A DNA stretch of 58,660 nucleotides from positions 1 through 58,660 of the forward strand of contig CAXGZX010000004.1 of NCBI GenBank assembly GCA_964014545.1, written 5' to 3'. Positions 26,806 through 36,669 of this stretch are shown here, piece by piece. The position numbers and the translations under genes are program-made. The first letter of the stretch is position 1; every line of letters starts with the position of its first letter. The notes under the pieces are model-generated. The model was not told the origin of the DNA. It ran no database searches and was given only the letters and a program-made list of their open reading frames with translations. The DNA is from an uncultured Candidatus Poseidoniales archaeon. Lineage in GTDB: Archaea; Thermoplasmatota; Poseidoniia; Poseidoniales; Poseidoniaceae.

Positions 26806-28002
26806 TTAGATAACCTGGGACGGTATTGGGGCTGGGTATTCTTTCGCATTACTTTCAGTAATGATAGTTGGCAGATGATTGTAATTACTATCACGCTTTG
26901 ATGGTATAAATCCAGCCCTAATTATTGTATTTTGTAATTCAATTTCAGACGCAGATAATTTGGTTGTACCTGATGCTGATACTACATTCTCTTCCATCAT
27001 TGTAGACCCTGCATCATTTGCGCCTGCGAGTAAAGCCATTTGAGCAACACCTAATCCCATAGTCGGCCAAGATGCTTGTATGTTATCGATATTATCAAAA
27101 AAGAGTCTTGATATAGCAATATGTCGAATGTATTCAGTTGGTCCAGCGCCTAAAACATGTTTGTTTTCACCACGATTACGTTTGCCAAAGGTATTACTTT
27201 CAAGTTGTACTGGCCATGAAATAAAGGATGTAAATCCATTATCATAATTGTCCAGGGAAGTGTCTTGTAGTTCTCTTATTCTGTCCATGTGTTGTACTCT
27301 ATTGCGTAACGATTCGCCAAAGCCAAAAACATTTGTCGCACTTGTGGTCATTCCCAATGACTGAGCTGTCTTCATCACATTTAGCCAATTCTCTGGAGAG
27401 CCTTTTTTGGGTGATATGTCAGTCCTTATCTCATCTACTAGCATTTCTGCCCCCCCGCCTGGAAGTCCATTCATACCGGCATCGCCGAGTCTGGTCAAAA
27501 CTTCATGAATTGTTAGTTTAGCAACGTCCGCAATTCCTTCGATTTCAATTGGACTAAAACAATCCAAATTTATTGTTGGATGATTTTCCACCAGGTGTTT
27601 TATTAATGATTCATACCACTCGAATTCAAGTGAAGGATTTACGCCACCCTGCATTAAGATACGTGATCCACCAATATCTTCTAGTTCTTTCACTCGTTGA
27701 GAAATTTCTTCATATGATTGAGTGTAATTTTCATCGTGACCAGGAGGTCGATAAAATGAGCAAAATTGACAATTTATTGTACAAACATTTGTGTAATTTA
27801 TGTTTCTATCTACTAGATATGTCACAATACCGTTTGGGAATAGCTTTTGCCTCCTTTGGTTGGCTGCAAAAGTAAGTTCGTGCAGTGGTGCATTTTCATA
27901 TAATTCGGTAGCCTCTTCAACCGATAACCTCAACGAATCACTGTTATTTCTAGACCATTCTTGCTGACGTTGAAGAATAGACTTCCAGTACATAGTTAAC
28001 AC
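26806..28002 (-). CDS. mqnC: CofH/MqnC-family radical SAM enzyme, probably cyclic dehypoxanthine futalosine synthase
   Basis: VTYLVDRNINYTNVCTINCQFCSFYR, LMQGG, PGGGAEML, NIQASW, GANDAGSTMMEENVVS. Confidence 0.85.
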   Translation of the reverse strand: MLTMYWKSILQRQQEWSRNNSDSLRLSVEEATELYENAPLHELTFAANQRRQKLFPNGIVTYLVDRNINYTNVCTINCQFCSFYRPPGHDENYTQSYEEISQRVKELEDIGGSRILMQGGVNPSLEFEWYESLIKHLVENHPTINLDCFSPIEIEGIADVAKLTIHEVLTRLGDAGMNGLPGGGAEMLVDEIRTDISPKKGSPENWLNVMKTAQSLGMTTSATNVFGFGESLRNRVQHMDRIRELQDTSLDNYDNGFTSFISWPVQLESNTFGKRNRGENKHVLGAGPTEYIRHIAISRLFFDNIDNIQASWPTMGLGVAQMALLAGANDAGSTMMEENVVSASGTTKLSASEIELQNTIIRAGFIPSKRDSNYNHLPTIITESNAKEYPAPIPSQVI

Positions 28003-29373
28003 TCAGACATTCTTACCAACGATTGATTCTATTTCAGTGATTGTTTTAGGACACATTTCAGTTAACACTATTGGGCCATTTTCTCCTACTAAAACATCAT
28101 CCTCAATCCTAATTCCAATATTTGAATATCGTTCTGGACAGTCCACATCTGGTCGCCATGCACCAAAGTATAGTCCCGGCTCAATAGTCAAACACATGCC
28201 AGGTCGTAATTTTCTTGGTTCGCCATTTGGCAAATATATTCCCACATCATGTACATCTAGACCAATCCAATGACTAGTATTATGCATATACCAATCCTTT
28301 AATTGTCCGGTTTTGCTATCTAGAGCTGCTTCTAATGTTTGAGATATAACTCCAATTCTTATCAATCCTTCAGCCAGGACTTTCCTAGCGGCCTCATGTG
28401 GAGCAGTATATGGATTACCGGGGACACATTCGTTTATTGCCGCAATTTGAGCATCTAAAACAATCTGGTAGATTTCTTTTTGAGGTTCAGTGAAAATTCC
28501 ATTGGTCGGCCATGAACGAGTAATGTCTGCAGCATATCCTCTAAATTCAGCACCTGCATCAATTAGAACGACATCGCCATCTGTGCAGGGGGAATTATTT
28601 TCTTTGTAATGGAGGATTGTCGCATTTTCCCCACTTCCAACAATTGATGGGTAAGACCATCCGGAGGTCCCGGCATATCTGAAAAACCCTTCAATAACTG
28701 ATTGGAGTTGGTTTTCAGTTGCATGTTTACCACCATGTCGCATTGCGGCAATGTGTGCTAAACTAGAAACATCTGAAGCAAACTGCATTTGGTCTATCTC
28801 TGAACTGGACTTAATAAGCCTCATTTCAGCAATTTTATTACTGGGATCTTCAACTGAAATTGGCCCAGTACCAAGCCTTTGCCTAGCTCTGTCTCGCTTC
28901 TTGATTGAAGAAACTACTAATTCATCTATCGATGACATTACCCCCATTCTATGAAACACTCGATTGGCTTGTGATAAAATCCCATTCAAAGTTGATTCCA
29001 AATCATCAATAGAGTGTGCCTGGTCAACTGGCCAATCTTTTTCCGCCCCTTCTAAGCCTGGTCTTCTACCTTCCCATATTTCTTTCAAAGTATCTTTTGG
29101 TTGAACAAAAAGATGAGTTTTCCAAGTCCCAGAAGCTTTTGTTGCGCACATAATCGATTCAGGTTCTGTCCATCCAGTCAAGTATAGGAGGTTACTCTGG
29201 GTCCGGTAGGGGTGGTGAACGTCGTTAGAATGAATAGTCACTGGAGAAGAGCAAAGAATTAGTACATCTGATGGTTCAAAAGTTGAATACAATTGATTTT
29301 GTCTTGAAATGTACTCTTGAATTGAGATAGGTTCTGGCATCTTACCAACATTAGCAAACATCCTCTCAAACAT
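28003..29373 (-). CDS. pepP: Xaa-Pro aminopeptidase P (M24B)
   Basis: EIWEG, LIDAGAE..GYAADITR, H-x-x-SHWIGLDVHD, TIEPGLY, GIRIEDD. Confidence 0.93.
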   Translation of the reverse strand: MFERMFANVGKMPEPISIQEYISRQNQLYSTFEPSDVLILCSSPVTIHSNDVHHPYRTQSNLLYLTGWTEPESIMCATKASGTWKTHLFVQPKDTLKEIWEGRRPGLEGAEKDWPVDQAHSIDDLESTLNGILSQANRVFHRMGVMSSIDELVVSSIKKRDRARQRLGTGPISVEDPSNKIAEMRLIKSSSEIDQMQFASDVSSLAHIAAMRHGGKHATENQLQSVIEGFFRYAGTSGWSYPSIVGSGENATILHYKENNSPCTDGDVVLIDAGAEFRGYAADITRSWPTNGIFTEPQKEIYQIVLDAQIAAINECVPGNPYTAPHEAARKVLAEGLIRIGVISQTLEAALDSKTGQLKDWYMHNTSHWIGLDVHDVGIYLPNGEPRKLRPGMCLTIEPGLYFGAWRPDVDCPERYSNIGIRIEDDVLVGENGPIVLTEMCPKTITEIESIVGKNV

Positions 29374-29415
29374 AATACTCCCACCAGTTTTCCCCTATTC
29401 AATCCTTGCTTGAAT

Positions 29416-30894
29416 CTAATTTTTCCACTTTGGCAATTTAAACTCACCATTATTCTTCTTAATTATGAGTATTAATGATAGTGAGATTATAATTATGATA
29501 AAAGAAATCGAGGCAAGTATTACTGGGGAAAAGTAAGCATCTTCATTTGTCGTAGAATCTTGTTTCAATGTTAAAGAAAGTTGTAATGTATCTTGGGCAC
29601 CATCGTCATCTGAGACAATTAGGATAATTTCATAATATCCAGGTTGAGTTATTACCTCCTTTGAAAGATTCTCGCCAGTATGAATTACTGACCCGTCATG
29701 GTACCACTGGAAAATTAAATTTGCCTGATCGTTGGCGGTATCAACAGAAGTTGAAGCATCAAGATACCATTCACTGGCAACATCAAAACTCATACCTGAA
29801 GTTATTTCATCGTTAGAATATAGATTAATCACGGGGTTAGTATTTCGTACATCCACAACATGGGATACTCTGGTAAAATGACCAACTGAGTCAATCGCCA
29901 GTAAATTAATACTCCAATTTCCTGATTTATTAAAAGAAATTTTAGCACTATAATCATCGATAATCTCACTATCAAATAGTGCCCTAATATTCCCATTTGG
30001 ATTGGTGAGAGTCCAAGTAATAGCAACATGAGAACTATCATAGCCATCATCAACCATAATTGAATATACGGTTTGATTCATTTCAATGGCATCTTGGTCT
30101 CCAAAAATAGTGACATTAGGCGGATGTAAATCAAAAGTTAACACTTTACTATCTAAATTCGAACTTCTCAAATATGAATCTCGAAAGATAATGTTGAATA
30201 ACCAATTTCCATCTCCAACTTGCAGATCTTCTTGGTCAATTTGTATCATGTACAATCCGTCATTTTGTACACTATACATCAATTCAACGATAAAAGAATT
30301 GCTCACGCACGCCTCCCCTGAATATTGACAAACTTCTGCTCTGAACATTGAAATATTTAACCCGTCATTTAATTCAACTTCACTAATTGGCCATGTGACT
30401 GCATAGTTGAGAATTATATCAGAAGTTTCACTGGGTGATTGGAACAAAGGTATGTTTTCGATAACTGGGAAGTGGTCAGATTCACCAAGGTATACTATGA
30501 TTTTAGTTTCGTGAGGATGAGGATTGTTAGATTGGTGTATTATGGTAAAATCACATGTACAATTTAGTTGTGCGACAAAAATAGATACTTCCCAATACCA
30601 AACATTATTTTCGATTATAACCTTTTCAAAAATATTAGATTGATTTATTGGATTATCAGTATTTTCAATACCTGGTAAGATTTCATTGATAGACCATCTC
30701 AATTCATCTGCTGGAAAAGTAGATGACCCGCTGAGATTCAAATATTCATCAAAATGTTCTCCACCATTTTGGTCTATGGTCAAATTTTCTGATGGATTAT
30801 GATGAGTTTTGCCTGGTACCGCCGAGGTAGTACTTAGCAGCATGGAAAAGGCAAGCAAGATTGTACACGTCACCGTAACAATACGCTTGCCCAT
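29416..30894 (-). CDS. secreted, C-terminally anchored protein with PKD/Ig-like domains
   Basis: Signal peptide, LDASTSVD...FQW...PG-x-Y-x-I-x-L-x-V-x-DDDG, C-terminal TM helix. Confidence 0.75.
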   Translation of the reverse strand: MGKRIVTVTCTILLAFSMLLSTTSAVPGKTHHNPSENLTIDQNGGEHFDEYLNLSGSSTFPADELRWSINEILPGIENTDNPINQSNIFEKVIIENNVWYWEVSIFVAQLNCTCDFTIIHQSNNPHPHETKIIVYLGESDHFPVIENIPLFQSPSETSDIILNYAVTWPISEVELNDGLNISMFRAEVCQYSGEACVSNSFIVELMYSVQNDGLYMIQIDQEDLQVGDGNWLFNIIFRDSYLRSSNLDSKVLTFDLHPPNVTIFGDQDAIEMNQTVYSIMVDDGYDSSHVAITWTLTNPNGNIRALFDSEIIDDYSAKISFNKSGNWSINLLAIDSVGHFTRVSHVVDVRNTNPVINLYSNDEITSGMSFDVASEWYLDASTSVDTANDQANLIFQWYHDGSVIHTGENLSKEVITQPGYYEIILIVSDDDGAQDTLQLSLTLKQDSTTNEDAYFSPVILASISFIIIIISLSLILIIKKNNGEFKLPKWKN

Positions 30895-30946
30895 ATTATT
30901 TACAAAGCAGTAACAGTCAAGAAGTTTCTCTCTGCATGTTCAATAA

Positions 30947-33900
30947 TCAAGCAAACGGGTCACAAAGTTCACCCTGACCAGGGAAGCTTACCGGGTCTCT
31001 TGGATTGGTGTCCCACTTGTATTCACAGTAGTTTACATGACCGTCGCCATCTGTATCAAACATACGATCGGCAGCATCATATGGGTCAAAATCAAAGTGG
31101 TATTCCCAACCAGTTGCCATCCCATCATCATCATGATCTTGGAAATAAACCTCTGGTCCATCGTTCCATTCATCCCCGTCGGTATCATTTGATACAGGAT
31201 TAGTATTATTCTGCATTTCCTCATAATTGGTGTAGTTAGCGAGATTGTCATAGAATTGTTTGCCGTCTGGAGTGTTGATATCGATATGACATTCTGCATT
31301 GGATGGATCATTATAGCCTGGACAATATCTCTTTAGCAAACCAGTTTGGTTTAATCCATCTTGGTCAGGGTCTTCTTGGCCATCATCAATGCCATCTAAG
31401 TCACTGTCAATCATCGATGGATCAAGAACTCCTCTAGCTCCGTAAGCGGTTAAACTGGCATTATCAACTAAGCCAGATTCAATAGCGTATTGTGAATATT
31501 TCACTTCCCAACCATCAAACAGTAAATCTCCGTCAGAATCTTTGTCAACTGGATTGGTGTTCCACTTGTCTGGTGCTTCAGCACCATTCATCAAAGAATC
31601 ATTATCAATGTCATAGGTAGCGTCAGGCAGACGACTTACACTAGACTGATCCGACGGGTCAAGAGCCCACCTGCCATTACAATCACATAGTGGGTTATTG
31701 GGAACACTAAATCCGGATAAATTCATTTCAGAAATCTCAAATTGTTTTTCTTGAATAAAGCCGCCTAAGGTATTAATCCAGATGTAGCCTCCAGGACTCT
31801 TTGCACAATTATTAGTTTGAGTGGGAACACAATTAGGAAGATTCCAAGAGCTTGTTGCTACCCATAAACTGTGAGAATTAGTATTGTCTTCTTCTGATTG
31901 GACTTGCATTTCCCATCCATCTAGCATTCCATCGCCATCTGTATCATTTACCAATGGATGAGTTTGTTCTTGGAATGGCCGTGGAATGTATAGAACTTCA
32001 TTACCGTCCTTTAGTCCATCACCATCTGTATCGGAATTATTTGCATGGGTCAAAAAGCCGTCTTTTCCGACAATAACCTCTTCACCATCTTCTAAACCAT
32101 CATTATCTGTGTCAAAGGCACATGGGCTTGTAGTATATGCTTCACCACCACCAACTGGCCATTGTAAGGTACCCCCACCACCAGTTGCTTCAAATTGATC
32201 GTCCAATCCATCACCGTCTGTATCTGGATTAGAAGCGTTAGAGCCTGAATCACAAAGTGAAGAATATTCCAAGAAATCAGACAAGCCGTCAGCATCTGTG
32301 TCAGGAAGACCTGGGTCAGAGACTACCAGTGTTATTTCAACACCACGATTTACCACAAGTATTTCCCAACCAAATACTTCGATTCCATCAATTAATCCAT
32401 CATTGTCAGTATCAGCGTCCATAGGATTAGTTGAACGACCAATTATCAGGTTTGGTTGCCCATTCTCGTCAAATGGTTCATTGTTTTTGAATTTAGCCTC
32501 ATACTCATCTTGATTAGTAAAGCGTTCGTTGTCCTCGACAACCACAAACCAAACAGTATCTCTAGATGTAATGATTTGATCGACAGATACATACATTTGG
32601 TAAATAGTTCCAGATGATGTTGCTGTTATTGTTACTGGCTCAGTTTGGCCACCTGCTTTAGTATACTCGGCTCTGACTACAGTTTCTCCCTCAGCAACAG
32701 TATCACCAATATTTTTCTTAATTTGAGTTACTCTTGTATTGAATACTAAATCTTCGTACACAGCAGAGCCATCTCCATCTTTATCCCATCCATCCATGTC
32801 TGGGTCTTTATCGCCGTTACTGCTATCTCTGGGGTTCAATCCATTATTTGTCTCCCAACCATCTGGCATACCATCAAGGTCGGTATCTTCTTGCCACGGA
32901 GATGTGAAATTTTCAGCCCCAAAAATAATTGCGGAACCGTATTCTTCCAGATTGTTCAAACCGTCATCATCCCAATCAAAAAATCCATCAGATGGATTGC
33001 TAGGGCTTAGTACGTCACCCTGTTCTAACGAGGTTAGTTTTAGGGCAGAGATTACGTTTTGTTCAGGGTATATCGAGTAACAATACTCATACCCATCTGG
33101 CATACCATCACCATCGGAATCCCAGTCAGAAGGACCGTTTAGTAAACCATCGTTATCGTCATCAAGGTAGAACCATGAGTTGTTTTTATCCATAAATGGT
33201 GCTGGGAATTCAAATGTCTGGCTATTATCTTCCCTAATTTGTTCATTACAATTTCGATAAACATCTTGCCCATTTCTATCAAAACTCTTGAAAATTCCAA
33301 CAGCCCTAGTTAGCTGTAGATTTACACTGGAAATCTCTTCTGCATCGGAGAGTAGATCTCCGTCTGAATCTTGTGCAGTAGGATTAGTCCCAAATGTTTC
33401 TTCTTGGAAATTTGCCAAACCATCATTATCAAAATCCAACACATTGTCACATGAATGTTGGTCAAAACTATTCCCAAGTTCTTCCCATGTGGGGGTATTT
33501 TCATCTAGATTATATTTTTCTGTCAGCATTAATTTGACATCTGCAGTTAGCAGGACACAGTCCCAATTTCCGTTAAGTGGATCAAACAAGGTAAATGAAC
33601 CGCCGGGAATCTCGACTTCCGTCATAAAAGTAGATTCCCACTTATCATTCAAACCATCGTTATCGGTATCAGACCGCTGAGGATCTGTTTCTAATTCCTG
33701 TTCCTGTTGATTTGTAAGTCCGTCATTATCTGGGTCTCCATTTGGTCCTTGATTAGGATCTGGCCAAGAGTCTGTCTCATTTTCCTGCTCTGCGTCTTGG
33801 ACATCTGCTTCACCTGGATCTTGTTCCAACGGATCAGATTCACCATCATCTAGGGGATTTAGGCCGTGTTCAACTTCCCACCCATCCGACATACCATCGC

Positions 33901-34162
33901 CATCTGTATCTTCATCAAGAGGATCCGTACCATACTGAGTTTCTTCTAATATGTCTGCAAGTCCATCATTATCACGATCTAGCGCTTCATTGGTAGTTAT
34001 CCCATCACCGATAATATCTTCTTCTACAGCGCTCTCGAAATTACCCAAACCCTCACTGGTTTGTAAAACCCCTGAAACTCCAACAAATATCGACCCAAAT
34101 ATCAATGTAGAGACAATCGCAACATAGGCCATTTGATTAGGATTCAAAGACATAACAATCAC
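30947..34162 (-). CDS. large surface protein with many Ca-binding DxDxDG (TSP3-like) repeats and an inserted lipoyl/biotinyl-like domain
   Basis: N-terminal TM helix; about 25 DxDxDG-type motifs counted by eye, many followed by D-x-W-E or T-x-P. Confidence 0.85.
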   Translation of the reverse strand: MIVMSLNPNQMAYVAIVSTLIFGSIFVGVSGVLQTSEGLGNFESAVEEDIIGDGITTNEALDRDNDGLADILEETQYGTDPLDEDTDGDGMSDGWEVEHGLNPLDDGESDPLEQDPGEADVQDAEQENETDSWPDPNQGPNGDPDNDGLTNQQEQELETDPQRSDTDNDGLNDKWESTFMTEVEIPGGSFTLFDPLNGNWDCVLLTADVKLMLTEKYNLDENTPTWEELGNSFDQHSCDNVLDFDNDGLANFQEETFGTNPTAQDSDGDLLSDAEEISSVNLQLTRAVGIFKSFDRNGQDVYRNCNEQIREDNSQTFEFPAPFMDKNNSWFYLDDDNDGLLNGPSDWDSDGDGMPDGYEYCYSIYPEQNVISALKLTSLEQGDVLSPSNPSDGFFDWDDDGLNNLEEYGSAIIFGAENFTSPWQEDTDLDGMPDGWETNNGLNPRDSSNGDKDPDMDGWDKDGDGSAVYEDLVFNTRVTQIKKNIGDTVAEGETVVRAEYTKAGGQTEPVTITATSSGTIYQMYVSVDQIITSRDTVWFVVVEDNERFTNQDEYEAKFKNNEPFDENGQPNLIIGRSTNPMDADTDNDGLIDGIEVFGWEILVVNRGVEITLVVSDPGLPDTDADGLSDFLEYSSLCDSGSNASNPDTDGDGLDDQFEATGGGGTLQWPVGGGEAYTTSPCAFDTDNDGLEDGEEVIVGKDGFLTHANNSDTDGDGLKDGNEVLYIPRPFQEQTHPLVNDTDGDGMLDGWEMQVQSEEDNTNSHSLWVATSSWNLPNCVPTQTNNCAKSPGGYIWINTLGGFIQEKQFEISEMNLSGFSVPNNPLCDCNGRWALDPSDQSSVSRLPDATYDIDNDSLMNGAEAPDKWNTNPVDKDSDGDLLFDGWEVKYSQYAIESGLVDNASLTAYGARGVLDPSMIDSDLDGIDDGQEDPDQDGLNQTGLLKRYCPGYNDPSNAECHIDINTPDGKQFYDNLANYTNYEEMQNNTNPVSNDTDGDEWNDGPEVYFQDHDDDGMATGWEYHFDFDPYDAADRMFDTDGDGHVNYCEYKWDTNPRDPVSFPGQGELCDPFA

Positions 34163-34225
34163 TTGGCTTATCGCCGGTATTGCTAGGTCTACATCTATCG
34201 GTTATAGAGATTAACCATTGTTGAC

Positions 34226-35302
34226 CTAATTTGCATCTTCAAAAACATATTCCAACAACGGAAATATTTCCACTTTTACAGTCAGATTATCAAGCGTAAT
34301 TGAGCATTTTGCAGACTTACCATTTGCTCGTTCCCAAACACCCACTAATTTACCAATAGATAGAGGTAAACATGGACATAAATTAAATTCAAAAACCGTT
34401 AAAGACTTATCTTGTTTAATTAATTTGGGCGGGGCATACCCAAAATTAGTCATATGTCTCACAATTGTTGGACCCCAATCTCCTTCATCCATTAAGTAAA
34501 CAAAATTATCATTGGAAAGAAATACTTTCTTGGATGCTTCTAGCAACGCAATAAAGCCGTTTGAGTAAATCTCATCAAAGTCCACTAAATTCCATTTTTC
34601 TGAAATTTGTCCGGGAAACTGTTCCACAAAACCTGAACAATTGAAAATTAACCGATTGAAGAAATCACACGGGATCAAAAAAGATGTTCTGCCTTCGATT
34701 GACCATCCCAATTCATTTGATTCAAGTTTCACCTCACTATATTTTTTAGTCGTGGTAATTTCTTTTGAATAAGCCCATGGAATTGAGTTAAGTAAATTTG
34801 GAAGAGGCATTTCCTGCTTTGCATCTAACCGTTTAAAATTGATTACTTGGTTCGATTTTTGCGACCATTCAATTTTGAATCGCCGATTTTCTAACAATTC
34901 GATTGAGGATAAATAAAAGCCTGCAGCAACAGAAGCAAATAAATTAGTATTGATGGTTGTGTTATAAAAATCATTGACTCCCCATCCACAAATGTCCCAA
35001 AGTTGTTTTACTGATTTATGTAAACGTTTTTTCGCAAAAAACTTAGTTCTAGTGTCCCTCAAAGGCGACATTATCAATTCCAAACAATCTGCAGCAGAAT
35101 TATGTAATATCCTGCCGATTGGTGATGATATTAGTGACTCATAATAATAAATCAATTTGTTAAAGTCCTCTTCATGAAATATGACCCACGAATTTCCATA
35201 AACATCCGTGATCTCACCAGAATCTTGGAAATTAAACGTATCCCAAAATGTCTCAGTTAGTTGTTCATCATGAGTCTCAATATTGTCATCAGTAAGAGGC
35301 AT
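34226..35302 (-). CDS. hypothetical protein, possibly two tandem V4R-like domains
   Basis: Two similar halves (..G..W/FVIF....F..L..GWG..AG / ..GR.FLIP..FF..L..FGY..IG.L.G.WE). Confidence 0.6.
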   Translation of the reverse strand: MPLTDDNIETHDEQLTETFWDTFNFQDSGEITDVYGNSWVIFHEEDFNKLIYYYESLISSPIGRILHNSAADCLELIMSPLRDTRTKFFAKKRLHKSVKQLWDICGWGVNDFYNTTINTNLFASVAAGFYLSSIELLENRRFKIEWSQKSNQVINFKRLDAKQEMPLPNLLNSIPWAYSKEITTTKKYSEVKLESNELGWSIEGRTSFLIPCDFFNRLIFNCSGFVEQFPGQISEKWNLVDFDEIYSNGFIALLEASKKVFLSNDNFVYLMDEGDWGPTIVRHMTNFGYAPPKLIKQDKSLTVFEFNLCPCLPLSIGKLVGVWERANGKSAKCSITLDNLTVKVEIFPLLEYVFEDAN

Positions 35303-35311
35303 AATTACACA

Positions 35312-36625
35312 TCATAAAATGTATCCTGATTGCTCTTCTTCATTGAAACAGTACCTTATTGTTTGGAAATTTGACTTAAGAGTTGTAACATCCTGTTTTA
35401 CCCGTTTCAAATCTTCATTATCGATAAGTGCTCTAGCAAATAATTTAGCAACTTCTGCCATCTCATTTTTACCCATTCCAACTCTTGTCAACTCTTGAAC
35501 ACCTAATCTAAGTCCAGAAGGAGTCAATGCCTTAGTATCACCAGGTAACATGTTCATATTGGTAATAATGCCAACATCTTCTAGTGTTTTTGCAGCCTTA
35601 GCACCGGCACCAGAATCTGTATCACCGTGCCTTGTTAGTACTTGATGGGAAGCAGTATAATTCCTTGATTCTGCCAGTACATCAAAACCTTCAGCAGCCA
35701 AAGACTCTGCTAACGCTCTAGAATTCTGTACAATATCCTTAGCATATGCCGCACCATATTCTTCAAATTCTGCTAATGCAACCACCTTTCCAGCCACGTG
35801 ATGTAGGTGATAAGATGAGCAAACTCCCGGGAAAATAGCATTATTAAGTCGCTTTTGCATTTTTTCATCCTCTGAAGAGGATAGTAAGAAACCTCCTTGT
35901 GGCCCGGGGAAGGTTTTGTGCGATGACCCCGTCATTAGGTCAGCACCTTCTCTAAGAGGGTCTTGAAATTGTCCACCTGCAATTAGTCCAAGGACGTGGG
36001 CACCATCATACATCACAGATGCTCCAACTTCATGTGCAGCAGCTGAAATTTCTTTAAGCGGAGTAGGAAATAAAAACACTGACTGACCTATCAAACAAAC
36101 TTTAGGACTAATTTCCCGAATTAATTTACAAGCCCCATCGATGTCTGGTTCCATGCGGTCAATATCCCATGGATAGGTTGACAAATCTAGATCTCTAAGT
36201 CCAACAGCACCCATTCTAGCATGCGAAATATGGCCACCATCTGCTGTAGATACCGCAGTTATTTTATCACCTGGTTTAGCAAGCGCTTTTAGAGCAGCAA
36301 TATTAGAAACGGTACCAGAAGTTGATTGAATATTAGCAAACTTAGCGCCAAAGACTTGTTTTGCTAAAGAAATTCCAAGACTCTCTATGGTGTCAAAATC
36401 ATCACAGCCCTGATAATATCTTTTGCCGGGCAAACCTTCTGCATACCTACCATGTAAATCGCTAGCAACAATTTTTTGCACCATTGGAGAAATAATATTT
36501 TCAGAAGCAATCATCCCAAGTCCATTACGGTACAGATTGCCACTAGCCTTTGTAGCATCCATTACGGCATTAGCTTTTCCTAATGTTTCGCTATTTGGTT
36601 TCCAAGCACCCGGTATATTGGCCAT
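35312..36625 (-). CDS. glyA: serine hydroxymethyltransferase (archaeal type)
   Basis: IASEN, RYAEGLPGKRYYQG, GGHISH, YDGAHVLGL, SSHKTFPGPQGG, SGLRLG. Confidence 0.97.
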   Translation of the reverse strand: MANIPGAWKPNSETLGKANAVMDATKASGNLYRNGLGMIASENIISPMVQKIVASDLHGRYAEGLPGKRYYQGCDDFDTIESLGISLAKQVFGAKFANIQSTSGTVSNIAALKALAKPGDKITAVSTADGGHISHARMGAVGLRDLDLSTYPWDIDRMEPDIDGACKLIREISPKVCLIGQSVFLFPTPLKEISAAAHEVGASVMYDGAHVLGLIAGGQFQDPLREGADLMTGSSHKTFPGPQGGFLLSSSEDEKMQKRLNNAIFPGVCSSYHLHHVAGKVVALAEFEEYGAAYAKDIVQNSRALAESLAAEGFDVLAESRNYTASHQVLTRHGDTDSGAGAKAAKTLEDVGIITNMNMLPGDTKALTPSGLRLGVQELTRVGMGKNEMAEVAKLFARALIDNEDLKRVKQDVTTLKSNFQTIRYCFNEEEQSGYIL

Positions 36626-36669
36626 GAACCGTGGTAGTCAACTAGGTCTTTGAACAAATTGATAGTTGG

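Noticed and set aside
30947-34162. Repetitive DNA suggestive of a CRISPR or tandem array
   Set aside because: Repeats are degenerate, irregularly spaced and explained by DxDxDG coding motifs
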